Shown here one piece after another: positions 52,868 through 61,809 of a stretch of DNA of 62,379 nt (its first letter is position 1; every line of letters starts with the position of its first letter). Under the pieces are notes generated by a model that was not told where the DNA came from, searched no databases, and worked only from the letters and a program-made list of their open reading frames with translations. This DNA is from a virus (taxonomy: Duplodnaviria > Caudoviricetes): positions 1 through 62,379 of IMG/VR virus record IMGVR_UViG_3300011415_000001; one strand, 5' to 3'. Position numbers and translations under genes: made by a program.

Positions 52868-53127
52868 GCTGTGTCGCCTTTCGCCTCCGCCCTCTCACGC
52901 GCCCACCGCGCGAGCGCGATCTGCCTTTGCTTCTCCCGTCGCTCCGGCGTCCACGCGAGGCTCTTCGCGCTCGGAGGCTTCGGGAGCGTCTTCGATTGCA
53001 GCGCGGGCGCAGGCTTCGGAGTCGAGCGCTCCGCCTTGCACACGGCGCAGTAGCCGAGGTGGTCCAGGTCCGCGAGCGTGTGGCCGCAGCGCAGGATGCC
53101 GGCGGGGAGGATCGGGAGGCGGGTCAT
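52864..53127 (-). CDS. Small basic protein
   Basis: CGH...CAVC; WTPERREKQRQIALARW echoes the C-terminal helix of 1902-2114. Confidence 0.55.
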   Translation of the reverse strand: MTRLPILPAGILRCGHTLADLDHLGYCAVCKAERSTPKPAPALQSKTLPKPPSAKSLAWTPERREKQRQIALARWARERAEAKGDTA

Positions 53128-53681
53128 CTGGTCTTCGCCTTCGCTCGCTCCTGTGTGACGTAGCGCACTCCGGCCGCGCCAGTTCGCACTCGCAGCTCTG
53201 TTAGACAGCCCTTGAATCGCTTCAGCGTGAAGACACCTACCCGCTTCAGGGACTTGAGCAGTCGAGCCGCCGCCTCCGTGTCGAGCGCTCCGTCCCAAAC
53301 CTCTGTCACGTTCACGGCCGCGACATAACCAAGGAGCTTAGAGACCGTGGCCGCGGCTTGAATGTCGGACTCTGCCGGGTCGATCGAGTGAACGATCAAG
53401 CCAATCTTGTCTGGACGGTCCGCGTCCGGGTACATGCTGAATCGGTCCACTTCGGGAACGGCACATCTCCACGCGCAGTAGAACGCGCTGCACTGCTTGG
53501 GCCTTGCCTGGTAGATCGCGCATCCAGTCTCGCACTCGTGTTTGCAGCTTTCGTAGGGGCCTTTCTGGATTTCTCCGTCGCGGACTCCAAGGGCCGTGCA
53601 GCACGCTCGGCAATCACCGCAAGCGCGTCCAGGAAATCCCTGTGCGTGGAGATCGAGGAATCGGTCCGGCTCGGTGCTCAT
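53124..53681 (-). CDS. YkgJ-like (CxxCxxCC) Fe-S/zinc protein
   Basis: CGDCRACC...CKH...GCAIY..RP.QC..FYCAW...RPD..G. Confidence 0.75.
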   Translation of the reverse strand: MSTEPDRFLDLHAQGFPGRACGDCRACCTALGVRDGEIQKGPYESCKHECETGCAIYQARPKQCSAFYCAWRCAVPEVDRFSMYPDADRPDKIGLIVHSIDPAESDIQAAATVSKLLGYVAAVNVTEVWDGALDTEAAARLLKSLKRVGVFTLKRFKGCLTELRVRTGAAGVRYVTQERAKAKTR

Positions 53682-54286
53682 CCCGCCCGCCGCCTCCCGC
53701 GGAACACGACGCAGCGCGATCGCTCTCGATCCAAATCCGGCATCATCCCAATCTCGGCTAGCACGCGCTTTGCCACCGGCTCGACGTTCTCCCGCCAGCG
53801 CTGGCAGATCCTCGATTCCGTGAGCCCGACGCGATCTCCGATCTCGCCTAGAGAATAGCCCTCGACGCGCATTCGCAGGATCACCCGGTCGACATCGCGC
53901 GTTAGGAGCGACGCCACGCGATCGAGGGTGTCGCTCGGCTCGGGATCGTTGACGGGTCGATCCACTGTCTCGAGCTCGGAGTCGGCGTCCATGTCGCACT
54001 CGAGCGCCATTCTGCCGACGCGCTGGCCGTGCTTCCCGAACTGCCGGCGGTGCTCGTCGATGACAGCGCGCCTCACCGCCTGAGCGGCCGATCGCATCAT
54101 GTGCCGCTCGTCGTTCCAGGCGAGACCCGCGCGCGAGAAGAGAAGCAGCGCGAGGTAGCCCGTCGAAACGGCCTCGTCCCAGCCGATCTTCGCCGCCATG
54201 CGCTCGCGGGCGAGCCGGAAGACGATCGGCGCGCACTTCGAGATGATCTCGAGCTCGGGGGTGGGGCTGCACGGAGGGACGGTCAT
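53678..54286 (-). CDS. Phage sigma-70-family RNA polymerase sigma factor
   Basis: Region 2 (DEAVSTGYLAL...RAVIDEHR) and region 4 HTH (YSLGEIGDRVGLTESRICQ). Confidence 0.8.
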   Translation of the reverse strand: MTVPPCSPTPELEIISKCAPIVFRLARERMAAKIGWDEAVSTGYLALLLFSRAGLAWNDERHMMRSAAQAVRRAVIDEHRRQFGKHGQRVGRMALECDMDADSELETVDRPVNDPEPSDTLDRVASLLTRDVDRVILRMRVEGYSLGEIGDRVGLTESRICQRWRENVEPVAKRVLAEIGMMPDLDRERSRCVVFRGRRRAG

Positions 54287-55041
54287 GGGAACGCGAGCAC
54301 CTCCTGCGCAAGACGCTTCGCTGCGATCTCGCAGTAATGCTCGTCTTGCTCGATTCCGATCGCCCTGAGTCCGAGGTCTTTTGCCGCGCGAAGCGTGGTG
54401 CCGGACCCCATGAATGGGTCGAGGACGAGCCCACCCTTCGGCACAATCGCGAGTAGGTCGCGCATGATCTCGACCGGCTTCTCCGCGATGTGCTCGCGCT
54501 CGGACGGCGGCGGCGGGTTGGCCTGAAAGAAGCCTGGAAACGCGACGGGACCTACGTGTTCAAGCGATCGCGGACCATTCGTGCCCCACACAACGTACTC
54601 ACATGCGTTCGCCCAGCGGCTTTGCGTGGGACGCGCCGACGGCTTGTGCCACGGAACGACTCCTCGGTAGACGAAGCCGCCAGATTGGAGTCCCCCGATC
54701 GTCACGGCGAGTTGCCGCCAGTCGGTGAACAGCGCGACGATTCCGCCTGGCTCGATCGAGCGCATCGCCTGCCCGAGCCACACGGAGACCCAGAACCAGT
54801 AGCCGTACGCGTCGCGGGTGTCGCCCGAGAATGCAGGAAGATCGTTTCCAGTGACGCTTGAGGTTCTGACGTACTTCGTATGCACGTCCTGCACCCGGTC
54901 GCCGCGCATCATTCCGCCGGTGCTGTAGGGAGGATCGGTGATGAGCGCGTGAACGCTTCCGTCGACGATGGTGCGCAGCATGTCGAGAGCCTCGCCGTGG
55001 TAGATCGTGATCCCCCCGCGCTCGTAGTACGGCGCCGTCAT
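54283..55041 (-). CDS. DNA N6-A/N4-C methyltransferase A
   Basis: TDPPY...H.AEKP...VLDPFMGSGTT. Confidence 0.9.
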   Translation of the reverse strand: MTAPYYERGGITIYHGEALDMLRTIVDGSVHALITDPPYSTGGMMRGDRVQDVHTKYVRTSSVTGNDLPAFSGDTRDAYGYWFWVSVWLGQAMRSIEPGGIVALFTDWRQLAVTIGGLQSGGFVYRGVVPWHKPSARPTQSRWANACEYVVWGTNGPRSLEHVGPVAFPGFFQANPPPPSEREHIAEKPVEIMRDLLAIVPKGGLVLDPFMGSGTTLRAAKDLGLRAIGIEQDEHYCEIAAKRLAQEVLAFP

Positions 55042-55568
55042 CCGGCGGTCCTCGGCATCTCGCCAAGCATGCCTTGGAAGTCGACGAGTTCCGGGCCTCC
55101 GTTTCCGCTCACGATCTCGCGCGCCCGCTGCCCTTCGTGGCGCGCCGCGCCCGCGGCGAGGTTCGTCTCGTAAGCGGCAATCCAGCGCGCGCGGTTTGCT
55201 ACCAGGTCGTCGAGCATCCACGTCGCGCTCATCTCCTCGAAGCCGCCCATCTGCTCCGTGGCGCGCCGGGCCGCATCGTGGCACCAAGGCTCGGCTGATC
55301 GCGAGAGCCACTTGCGGCGCATGTTCTCCCAGGCTTCGTACGCAGTCGGAACGTCCTCGCGATTCTGCGCGTGGCAGCGGATCTCCGCGACGGTCGGCGG
55401 AAACTTGCTCGTGCGGATGTGGTGAGCCGCGGCCTTGAGGATCTGCCCGGGATCGAGATCGCCCATCGTGAGCAACCACGCCTCGATCGTGTCCTCGGTC
55501 GGCTTCCAGGTCGGGTACGACGCGGCGAGAAGCGCAACGGCCCTCGCGACGGCTTCGGCTGTGGTCAC
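55038..55568 (-). CDS. Replicative helicase loader/inhibitor (G39P-like)
   Basis: LAASYP...W...L.D...HI.TSKFPPTVAEI...EAWE. Confidence 0.7.
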   Translation of the reverse strand: MTTAEAVARAVALLAASYPTWKPTEDTIEAWLLTMGDLDPGQILKAAAHHIRTSKFPPTVAEIRCHAQNREDVPTAYEAWENMRRKWLSRSAEPWCHDAARRATEQMGGFEEMSATWMLDDLVANRARWIAAYETNLAAGAARHEGQRAREIVSGNGGPELVDFQGMLGEMPRTAG

Positions 55569-56392
55569 TAGAAAGTCCCCCGCTGCTGCTGTTTCGCGAC
55601 GAATGCCCGCACGGCCCCGATGCCGGTCGGCTCTGGATCGAACGTCCGCTGGTGCCCGTTCTGGCGTGCTCTGACGAGATCGAATCGGAGCGCAGGGAAT
55701 CCCGCCTCGATCGACTGGTCGACCGCGGCCTCCCAGAGGTCCGGGTCCTCGGCCGCGCGCTTGAGCTGGGCCTTCCAGCCCGCGAGCGTCAGCGGCTTGT
55801 GCAGGGCCTTGCGGTGCTCGGCGTACCGATCGACCGCGGCACCGAGGCGTTCCACCAGCGCGGGGTAGAGCTCGAAGAGTAGAGCCTTCGGGTCGACCGC
55901 TTGGGCGCGCTTGCGCGCGCGCGGCACCGAAGGTGCCTCTGTAGCCGTAGGCGTGGTGGTAGGAGAAGAAGAAGACGAAGAGGTAGGAGAAGAGGTACTG
56001 CCGCGGCATGTGCTACGGCTCTGCCCCGGCATATGCCCCGGCAATGCCGTTGCATCTGCCCCGGCATTCCATCGATCGTCGGCTTTCTTCTTCTGGGAGC
56101 GTCGCGTGTCCAGCGCGCGCTCGCGCTCGGAGTGCATCCTCGCGTTCTGCCAGCCGCCGCCGACGCGCTCGAACTTGGCGGCCAGGAGGCGCGCCCAGAG
56201 CTCACGGAATCGATCGATCGGAACCGCAGCGATTCGGGCCATGTGCTCGAGATCGTCCGGCACCGCGCCGTACTGGGCCTGATAGACGCACAGCGACCAG
56301 TACGCCCCGCGCTCCTCGCCCGTCCACGACGCGACGGCGGAAGCCCAGAGGTCGATGAGGAACGAGATTCGCGCCGGCCCCGGCCCGCTCAT
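55568..56392 (-). CDS. DUF1376/YdaU-type replication initiator
   Basis: EERGAY..L...Q...G.VPDD...ARIA...W.NARM..ER; low-complexity linker; C-terminal helical domain. Confidence 0.8.
   Translation of the reverse strand: MSGPGPARISFLIDLWASAVASWTGEERGAYWSLCVYQAQYGAVPDDLEHMARIAAVPIDRFRELWARLLAAKFERVGGGWQNARMHSERERALDTRRSQKKKADDRWNAGADATALPGHMPGQSRSTCRGSTSSPTSSSSSSPTTTPTATEAPSVPRARKRAQAVDPKALLFELYPALVERLGAAVDRYAEHRKALHKPLTLAGWKAQLKRAAEDPDLWEAAVDQSIEAGFPALRFDLVRARQNGHQRTFDPEPTGIGAVRAFVAKQQQRGTF
55960..56066. repeat. Putative replication origin: six 10-bp iterons plus a purine-skewed tract
   Basis: TGCCNNGGCA-like units at 55999, 56011, 56022, 56034, 56045, 56057 (spacing 12/11/12/11/12) next to an A/G-rich run at 55960-55995. 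Confidence 0.7.
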
Positions 56393-56482
56393 CGAAACGA
56401 CCTCCCCGCGGCGCCCCTCGGCGCTCTCCAGATCCTCCCTCTCATGCTCTCCTCCTCTCCGACCTCCCCGGTCAGGACTCGG

Positions 56483-57175
56483 TCACGGATCTCCCATCGG
56501 GCTGCGAGTCACGGTGTTCGGTGTGGCGGCTCCTTCGAAGTCGAAGACTTCCTGCGCGAGTCGCTTTGCCGCGATCTCGCAGTACCGCTCCTCGATCTCG
56601 ATGCCGATGGCGCGGCGGCCGAGGTCCTTCGCGGCGCGGAGGGTTGTGCCGGAGCCCATGAAGGGGTCGAGGATGAGCTGCGCATCAGGCACGAATCCGA
56701 TGCACCAGCGAATTAGCCCTATTGGCTTCTCGGTCGGGTGCGCCTTGACTGATTCGGCGTTCGCACCATAAGCCTCGATGCGAGACTTCCGGTATACGCG
56801 CACGGTCCCCGGCCAGTTCGTCCATGCCAACTCGGCGTCGGACCCGGAGAACTGCTGCACCTTGTCCCAGACAAGCCACTGCCGCGACGGTGGAAGTCCG
56901 AAGTAGTTGCCGCCCCAAATGCACGCTAGCGGGGCCGCGTAAAGAACGAGCGCGAGCGTATCAGCGCCGGGCGGCGCATCATCCCACGTCTCGCCCTTAC
57001 CCCACAGGCGGCTCGATCCATTCCGGCCGACCATTTCTCCGTGTGCCCACTTCGACCCAATCCCATACGGCGGATCGGTAACCACCACATCCGCGCGAAT
57101 CTCGGGCAGGATCTCGCGGCAATCGCCGTGGTAGATCGTGATCCCCGCGTGCTCGTAGTACGGCGTCGGCGTCAC
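56483..57175 (-). CDS. DNA N6-A/N4-C methyltransferase B
   Basis: GTG 57175; HGDC, TDPPYG, IWGGNYF, ELAWT, HPTEKP, ILDPFMGSGTT. Confidence 0.9.
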   Translation of the reverse strand: MTPTPYYEHAGITIYHGDCREILPEIRADVVVTDPPYGIGSKWAHGEMVGRNGSSRLWGKGETWDDAPPGADTLALVLYAAPLACIWGGNYFGLPPSRQWLVWDKVQQFSGSDAELAWTNWPGTVRVYRKSRIEAYGANAESVKAHPTEKPIGLIRWCIGFVPDAQLILDPFMGSGTTLRAAKDLGRRAIGIEIEERYCEIAAKRLAQEVFDFEGAATPNTVTRSPMGDP

Positions 57176-57738
57176 CGCACCGCCCTCCCGTAGATCAGCG
57201 ACCTCCACCTGGTCTTCGGTGAGGCGTTCGAGGTCGCCGCCGGCGCGTACCCATCCGCGACGCAAAGGCCTGCACGCGACGCGGCCTGCATGACAGCGCC
57301 GACGGCTCGTCGGTCAGTGCCCTCCGGCATGTCGATCGGCACGTCCTCCGCGAGGAAGAACTCGAAGCTCTGGCAGTGCTCGCGGACCGCCTCCAGCGCG
57401 GACGCCTTCCATCCCGGGTCGATCTTCGAGGCGCGTGATGCTGCCCTCTCTGCGCCTTCGTGGCCGCGGTCGCGAGCATCCGCAACGGTCAGGCCCGGGG
57501 CTGCGGTCTGCGCTCTCTCAAGGGCGCCAAGCATCCTTGCCTCGCCTTCCTCCACGGCCTCAGGCGGTTGCAGCGCCCAGCACTCCTTGCCGTGGTGGAA
57601 GCCAGGCTTCGGGCACTCGTCGCAGCGACCGTTGACGTTCGGCTTCTGCGTGGCGTCGTCTCGGTACACGTCGTCCTCGTCGCGAGCGAGGTCGGCGTCG
57701 CGGAAGAGCAAGCCGTCGGAGGGGCGCTTGCGTCTCAT
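57172..57738 (-). CDS. Hypothetical protein, winged-helix-like C-terminus
   Basis: ATG 57738; RAVGAVM..A...G......W.S. Confidence 0.55.
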   Translation of the reverse strand: MRRKRPSDGLLFRDADLARDEDDVYRDDATQKPNVNGRCDECPKPGFHHGKECWALQPPEAVEEGEARMLGALERAQTAAPGLTVADARDRGHEGAERAASRASKIDPGWKASALEAVREHCQSFEFFLAEDVPIDMPEGTDRRAVGAVMQAASRAGLCVADGYAPAATSNASPKTRWRSLIYGRAVR

Positions 57739-58097
57739 GGGATGCCCCACAGCGCGCGGCGCACGGCGGAGAGCGTGGACGCGTCGATGGGCGTCTCGCG
57801 TACAACGCGGGCGGACGCGCACGCGAAGGAGAGGCCGGGCAGGTCACAGTCCGGGTCAGGTTCGAGCTCGCCAACCGGGAGCACCTCGTAGATCGACGCG
57901 GTTCGGTGGCCGGCGGCGAAGATCAGGGCACCCTCGCGCTGCGCTACGACGTAGACGCGATCCGTTCGGTGGACGCGCCGGGCCTTTGCGCGGAGCTTCT
58001 TCAGCCCGACGTCCGAGCATGAGACCGCGCCCGTCGCGCTCGGCGGAAGGATCTCCGACAGGCCAGACGGGCCGCCGTGCCAGTAGGTGACGCTCAC
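57735..58097 (-). CDS. Arr-like ADP-ribosyltransferase
   Basis: YWHGG...ILPP...VYV...A..FA...IYEVLPVGELEPDPD. Confidence 0.65.
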   Translation of the reverse strand: MSVTYWHGGPSGLSEILPPSATGAVSCSDVGLKKLRAKARRVHRTDRVYVVAQREGALIFAAGHRTASIYEVLPVGELEPDPDCDLPGLSFACASARVVRETPIDASTLSAVRRALWGIP

Positions 58098-58351
58098 GCG
58101 CTCTCCCTCACTCGCTTCGAACGGCAGCGCGGGCAAACCCTCAGCTTCACGCCAAGGAACGGGCCGCGCCCACAAGACTCGCAGACCCACTTCGTGATCG
58201 GCGACGGATGCTCTGGATCGCTCCAGCCGCGCGGTTCCGCGTGATTCGCGGCGAGCTCGCGCTGGAACTCCAGCATCTCCTCTTGCTGCCTTCTCGCCGC
58301 CTTCACGAGCGCGCGGCGGCGGAGCCAGTGGCGGATGGATGCGAAGATCAC
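58094..58351 (-). CDS. Zinc-ribbon protein
   Basis: CESC...CPRC. Confidence 0.55.
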   Translation of the reverse strand: MIFASIRHWLRRRALVKAARRQQEEMLEFQRELAANHAEPRGWSDPEHPSPITKWVCESCGRGPFLGVKLRVCPRCRSKRVRESA

Positions 58352-58989
58352 GGATTCGTCCTCCGGAACTCCACGACCCAGACCCAAGGGTTGCTCGCCC
58401 ACGGGGCGCGCTTGCCATTGATCGAATCCCAAGCCAGCGCAAACTGTGTTTGCAGTGTCGGAGCTGTGCCGTGCCGTGCGAAACGGCCGCGCACGTCGGC
58501 CAATCCTTCCGCGCGGATATCCTCTGTGCTGATCCCCTGCAATCGCTCGACGCGCACGGAGACGATCTCGAGCTCGATGCGCGAGAAACTCCGATGCATG
58601 TGGATTGCCGGATGCCACCGACCGTCGTCGGGCTTGGCTCCCTCGGCCTCCGACGCGCGGTACACGATCCCGCCCTCGAACGGCCCCCACGTCTCGCGCA
58701 CCCACAGCCGGTCGCCCGGTGAACCGTACGGACAGCCAGGCCCGGGATCCTGTCCGATCGGAACCCGAGAGCGAGGCCATGTCGCCGCGTAAAGATGTGG
58801 CTCGTTCCGCGAATCGTCGTGCAGCCAGAACAGGTTGTCCCACTGATCGCGGTGCGGGTTGGGATGCACCCACTCGGGCAACTTCACGACGCGCCGGGTT
58901 TGCGTTTTCCTCCCGTCGAGGATCGCGCGGACCATCGCCGCGCTGAACAGAATCGGACGCTCCCGCGCTGTGTTCGCAGCCCCGCTCAA
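58348..58989 (-). CDS. ASCH/PUA-like phage protein
   Basis: ERPILF..MVRAILDGRKTQTRR, CPYG.PGDRLWVRET, VRVERLQ, NPWVWVVEF. Confidence 0.8.
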   Translation of the reverse strand: MSGAANTARERPILFSAAMVRAILDGRKTQTRRVVKLPEWVHPNPHRDQWDNLFWLHDDSRNEPHLYAATWPRSRVPIGQDPGPGCPYGSPGDRLWVRETWGPFEGGIVYRASEAEGAKPDDGRWHPAIHMHRSFSRIELEIVSVRVERLQGISTEDIRAEGLADVRGRFARHGTAPTLQTQFALAWDSINGKRAPWASNPWVWVVEFRRTNP

Positions 58990-59243
58990 GCCTCAGCCCT
59001 CCTCTCCCGCATCCAGACTCGCACCAGCGGCCCGATCACCTTCGCCGTATCCCAGCCGATCGTGAGATGATCGGATCGGTCGCGCTTGCAGAGGACGTGC
59101 ACGCCGCCTCCAGGATCGCGAAGGCGGAGCGCCTCGTAGATCCCCTTGGTGGGCTCGCGCGTCCACGCGAAACGCTCGCAGAGCCAGGCGGCGAACTCGT
59201 CAGCCTTGCTCGCGTGGAGGAGATCGCGGCTGCGGGCGGTCAC
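58986..59243 (-). CDS. Hypothetical protein
   Basis: R.LLH.SK..EF..WL motif; coupled. Confidence 0.6.
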   Translation of the reverse strand: MTARSRDLLHASKADEFAAWLCERFAWTREPTKGIYEALRLRDPGGGVHVLCKRDRSDHLTIGWDTAKVIGPLVRVWMRERRAEA

Positions 59244-59566
59244 GGGGCGGGCTCCCGCAATCGCTCAAGCATGCGACCGCACCGCTCCACGAGCTCGTCG
59301 AAGCCACCATCGTCCAGGCGCGAGGCTGCCTCGCAGCACTCGTAGCACCATCGGTATTGGTGCCAGCAGTTGCCGTACATCGCGGAAACGATTCGGACGT
59401 GATCTCCCGACACGGTCGGCTCTCCGCAGTTGTGGCAGCGCCTCGCCGATCGACGGCCGACGACGATCCGATCCTCGATCACGCGATCGAAGCCATCCTT
59501 GTCGCCATCGAACGGCCACCATTGCAGGGAGCGCCGTTGCTGATCGATCGAGAGCCGTTGGCTCAC
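59240..59566 (-). CDS. Zinc-binding hypothetical protein
   Basis: CHNC...CYECC. Confidence 0.6.
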   Translation of the reverse strand: MSQRLSIDQQRRSLQWWPFDGDKDGFDRVIEDRIVVGRRSARRCHNCGEPTVSGDHVRIVSAMYGNCWHQYRWCYECCEAASRLDDGGFDELVERCGRMLERLREPAP

Positions 59567-59638
59567 GCCCTCCTCCTAATCCAGCGGTCACGGTCGGGCG
59601 GAACTCGCGCGAGCCTCGTCTTGCGCTGGAGCGGGGCG

Positions 59639-59986
59639 CTACGCATGGCCGGCATCTCCGGCTACCTCCGCCTGGAGAATCGAGCGGTGCTCGTCGGTCA
59701 GAATCGGAATGCCATTCTCGGCCCGCCGTGTATAGAAAAGCCGACCCTCCGGCGGGATGTTGCCCTCGTCGTCGAAGCGACCGAAGAAGATCTGTCCGTC
59801 CTGCTCGCCGCCCCAGACCTCCGCAACCGCAAGCCGGCCCCCACCCTCGCCATGCTGCGTCGCGAGCAGGATCAGCTCGCAGTCTCGAAGCCGCTGGAGT
59901 TCAGCACGTGCCCCGGCTGTCCCGAGCGGATCGCCGATCATGCGATCGAGCGCTCCAAGGGCTTCCTCGATGTACTTCGATGTCAC
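59639..59986 (-). CDS. Hypothetical protein
   Basis: ORF track; RBS GGAGG. Confidence 0.55.
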   Translation of the reverse strand: MTSKYIEEALGALDRMIGDPLGTAGARAELQRLRDCELILLATQHGEGGGRLAVAEVWGGEQDGQIFFGRFDDEGNIPPEGRLFYTRRAENGIPILTDEHRSILQAEVAGDAGHA

Positions 59987-59988
59987 GG

Positions 59989-60276
59989 CTACGCCCCTCC
60001 CCTCGTCCCCACCGGATCGGACAAGAGCCCCGCCTCTTTGCGAGCACGCGCGACGAGAGCCTCGACGGTCTCGACCGATGCCGAGGTCCGAAAATAGCCG
60101 CGCTCGACTGTCACCTCTGCGCCTTCACCAGAGCCGAGCGGGCGCACGCCTCGGTACTCCTCGAGCCGGAACATGATCGCCTGCTCCGGATCGCCAGCGG
60201 AGGGCAGGCGCAGCCAGGGATCCACCGCACTCGGGCGCGGGACCCACTTCAATTCGGGCTTGATCGTCATCGTCAT
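59989..60276 (-). CDS. Hypothetical protein
   Basis: ATG 60276 coupled to the rusA stop. Confidence 0.55.
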   Translation of the reverse strand: MTMTIKPELKWVPRPSAVDPWLRLPSAGDPEQAIMFRLEEYRGVRPLGSGEGAEVTVERGYFRTSASVETVEALVARARKEAGLLSDPVGTRGGA

Positions 60277-60698
60277 TCCTCGATCGCCGATACGCGAATC
60301 GTCGCGCCCGGCTTCTCGTCGTACCGCTTCTCCACGACTTGAATCACCACCTGCGCGTCGTCGCGCCACACGCCCGCTTCCGTGAGCGAGTCCTCGGTGC
60401 AGCGCGCCAGCTTCGAGCTGTCCGGCCGCGTCGTCGGGTAGCGCGGCGCGCTCGCACGAAGCCCCTTCTTGCCGTAGTGGCCCTTCGGCCTCGGCATGCG
60501 GAACTCGATCGAAAGGTGCAGAGGCCCGTCCAGAGCCGGCCTCGCACCAAGCACGAGACGGGCCTCCGCGATGACTCGATCTTTCCAGGGGCGGGCCTTG
60601 GGATTGTCGTCGGTGACGATGATCCGTTCGCCGCGCTTGAACGCGCGCTTGCTGCCCCCCGGCTGGGGAATCCCAGGAACTTCGATCGTGAGCGTCAC
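60273..60698 (-). CDS. rusA: RusA-family Holliday junction resolvase
   Basis: PQPGGSKR...F.MPRPK.H...RPDSSKLAR..EDSL...WRDDAQVV...KRY. Confidence 0.88.
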   Translation of the reverse strand: MTLTIEVPGIPQPGGSKRAFKRGERIIVTDDNPKARPWKDRVIAEARLVLGARPALDGPLHLSIEFRMPRPKGHYGKKGLRASAPRYPTTRPDSSKLARCTEDSLTEAGVWRDDAQVVIQVVEKRYDEKPGATIRVSAIEE

Positions 60699-61807
60699 GC
60701 CTCGACCGCCTCTTTCAGCGCGTCCAGGACGAGCTCTTGCACCGCGTCCGCGAGCCCGCCGAACTGCGGGTCCTCGCTCACCGCGTTGAGCGCGCAGACC
60801 ATCGACGGCGCCGCGTCCCGCACGCGCTTCTCCGCCGCGTCGGCGCGCTCTTGCGCTTGGCGGATCTCTTCGCGTTCCGCTTCCTTCGCGCGATCGAGTG
60901 CGGCCTGCGCGTCCGCGATCCGCTTCGCCTCGGCGGCCCGCGCCACGTCGGCGAGACGGTCCTTCTCCTTTCGCTCGGCGTCGGCCTTGGCGTCCGCCTC
61001 CGCTCGCGCGGCTTTCGCCTTCGCTTCCTCGGCGTCCAGCGCCTCGCGCTTCCTCCGGAGCTCCTCGCGTTCGCCATCGAGCCTCATCTGGTCGGCCTTG
61101 CGCTTCTCCTCCGCCTTGCGCTCGCTCTCGGCCCGCTCGGCTGCGAGACGTTCGCGCTCGACCTTCGCCGCCGCTTCCTGCTCGGCCTTCTGGCGCGCGA
61201 GTTCCGCGCGTTCGGCCGCGACCTTCGCCGCCTCCTCGTCGGCCTTGATCCGCTCAAGGAGCAGTTGCCGGCACGCCGACAGCTCTCGAGCGCGAACCCC
61301 GGCGGCCTCCTCCACGAACTCGGCGAAGGTCTCGTCGAAGCGTAGAGCGTCGAGCGCGAAGATCGCCTCCTCGAGCTCCTGTCTCGTGCTACTTCGGCTC
61401 GACACCCCCACGAGGCAGGCGAGGTTGATCGCCCGACGAATGCCGGCGACGCGCTCCTCTTCGAGCTTCTCCTTTCGCGCTTCCTCGGCCGTGATCTGCG
61501 CATGGATCGGCTCGCGGAGAACCTGGATCTGCTCCGCTATTTTCCGCTTCACGCCGTCGATGAGCTGGCAGCGCCGTAGGGCAGGTTCCTTGATCGCTTT
61601 GTGTACGGCATCGAGCTTCCCGTTCAGCCTCGAGAGCGCCATGCGCGCCTCGCGCGCTTCGCGTTCCTGCTCGACGATCGTGCAGTCGTAGACCTTGCCC
61701 CTGTACTTCTCGCGCAGCTCGGCGAGCCCCGCTTCGATCGGGTCGTACTCGACGAGATGCCCGTCGGCCCTCGCCGTGACTTCGACTTCCTGGATGTTGT
61801 CAGACAT
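60695..61807 (-). CDS. Long coiled-coil protein in the recombination module
   Basis: Heptad/EAR-rich; directly downstream of recT. Confidence 0.7.
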   Translation of the reverse strand: MSDNIQEVEVTARADGHLVEYDPIEAGLAELREKYRGKVYDCTIVEQEREAREARMALSRLNGKLDAVHKAIKEPALRRCQLIDGVKRKIAEQIQVLREPIHAQITAEEARKEKLEEERVAGIRRAINLACLVGVSSRSSTRQELEEAIFALDALRFDETFAEFVEEAAGVRARELSACRQLLLERIKADEEAAKVAAERAELARQKAEQEAAAKVERERLAAERAESERKAEEKRKADQMRLDGEREELRRKREALDAEEAKAKAARAEADAKADAERKEKDRLADVARAAEAKRIADAQAALDRAKEAEREEIRQAQERADAAEKRVRDAAPSMVCALNAVSEDPQFGGLADAVQELVLDALKEAVEA

Positions 61808-61809
61808 GG

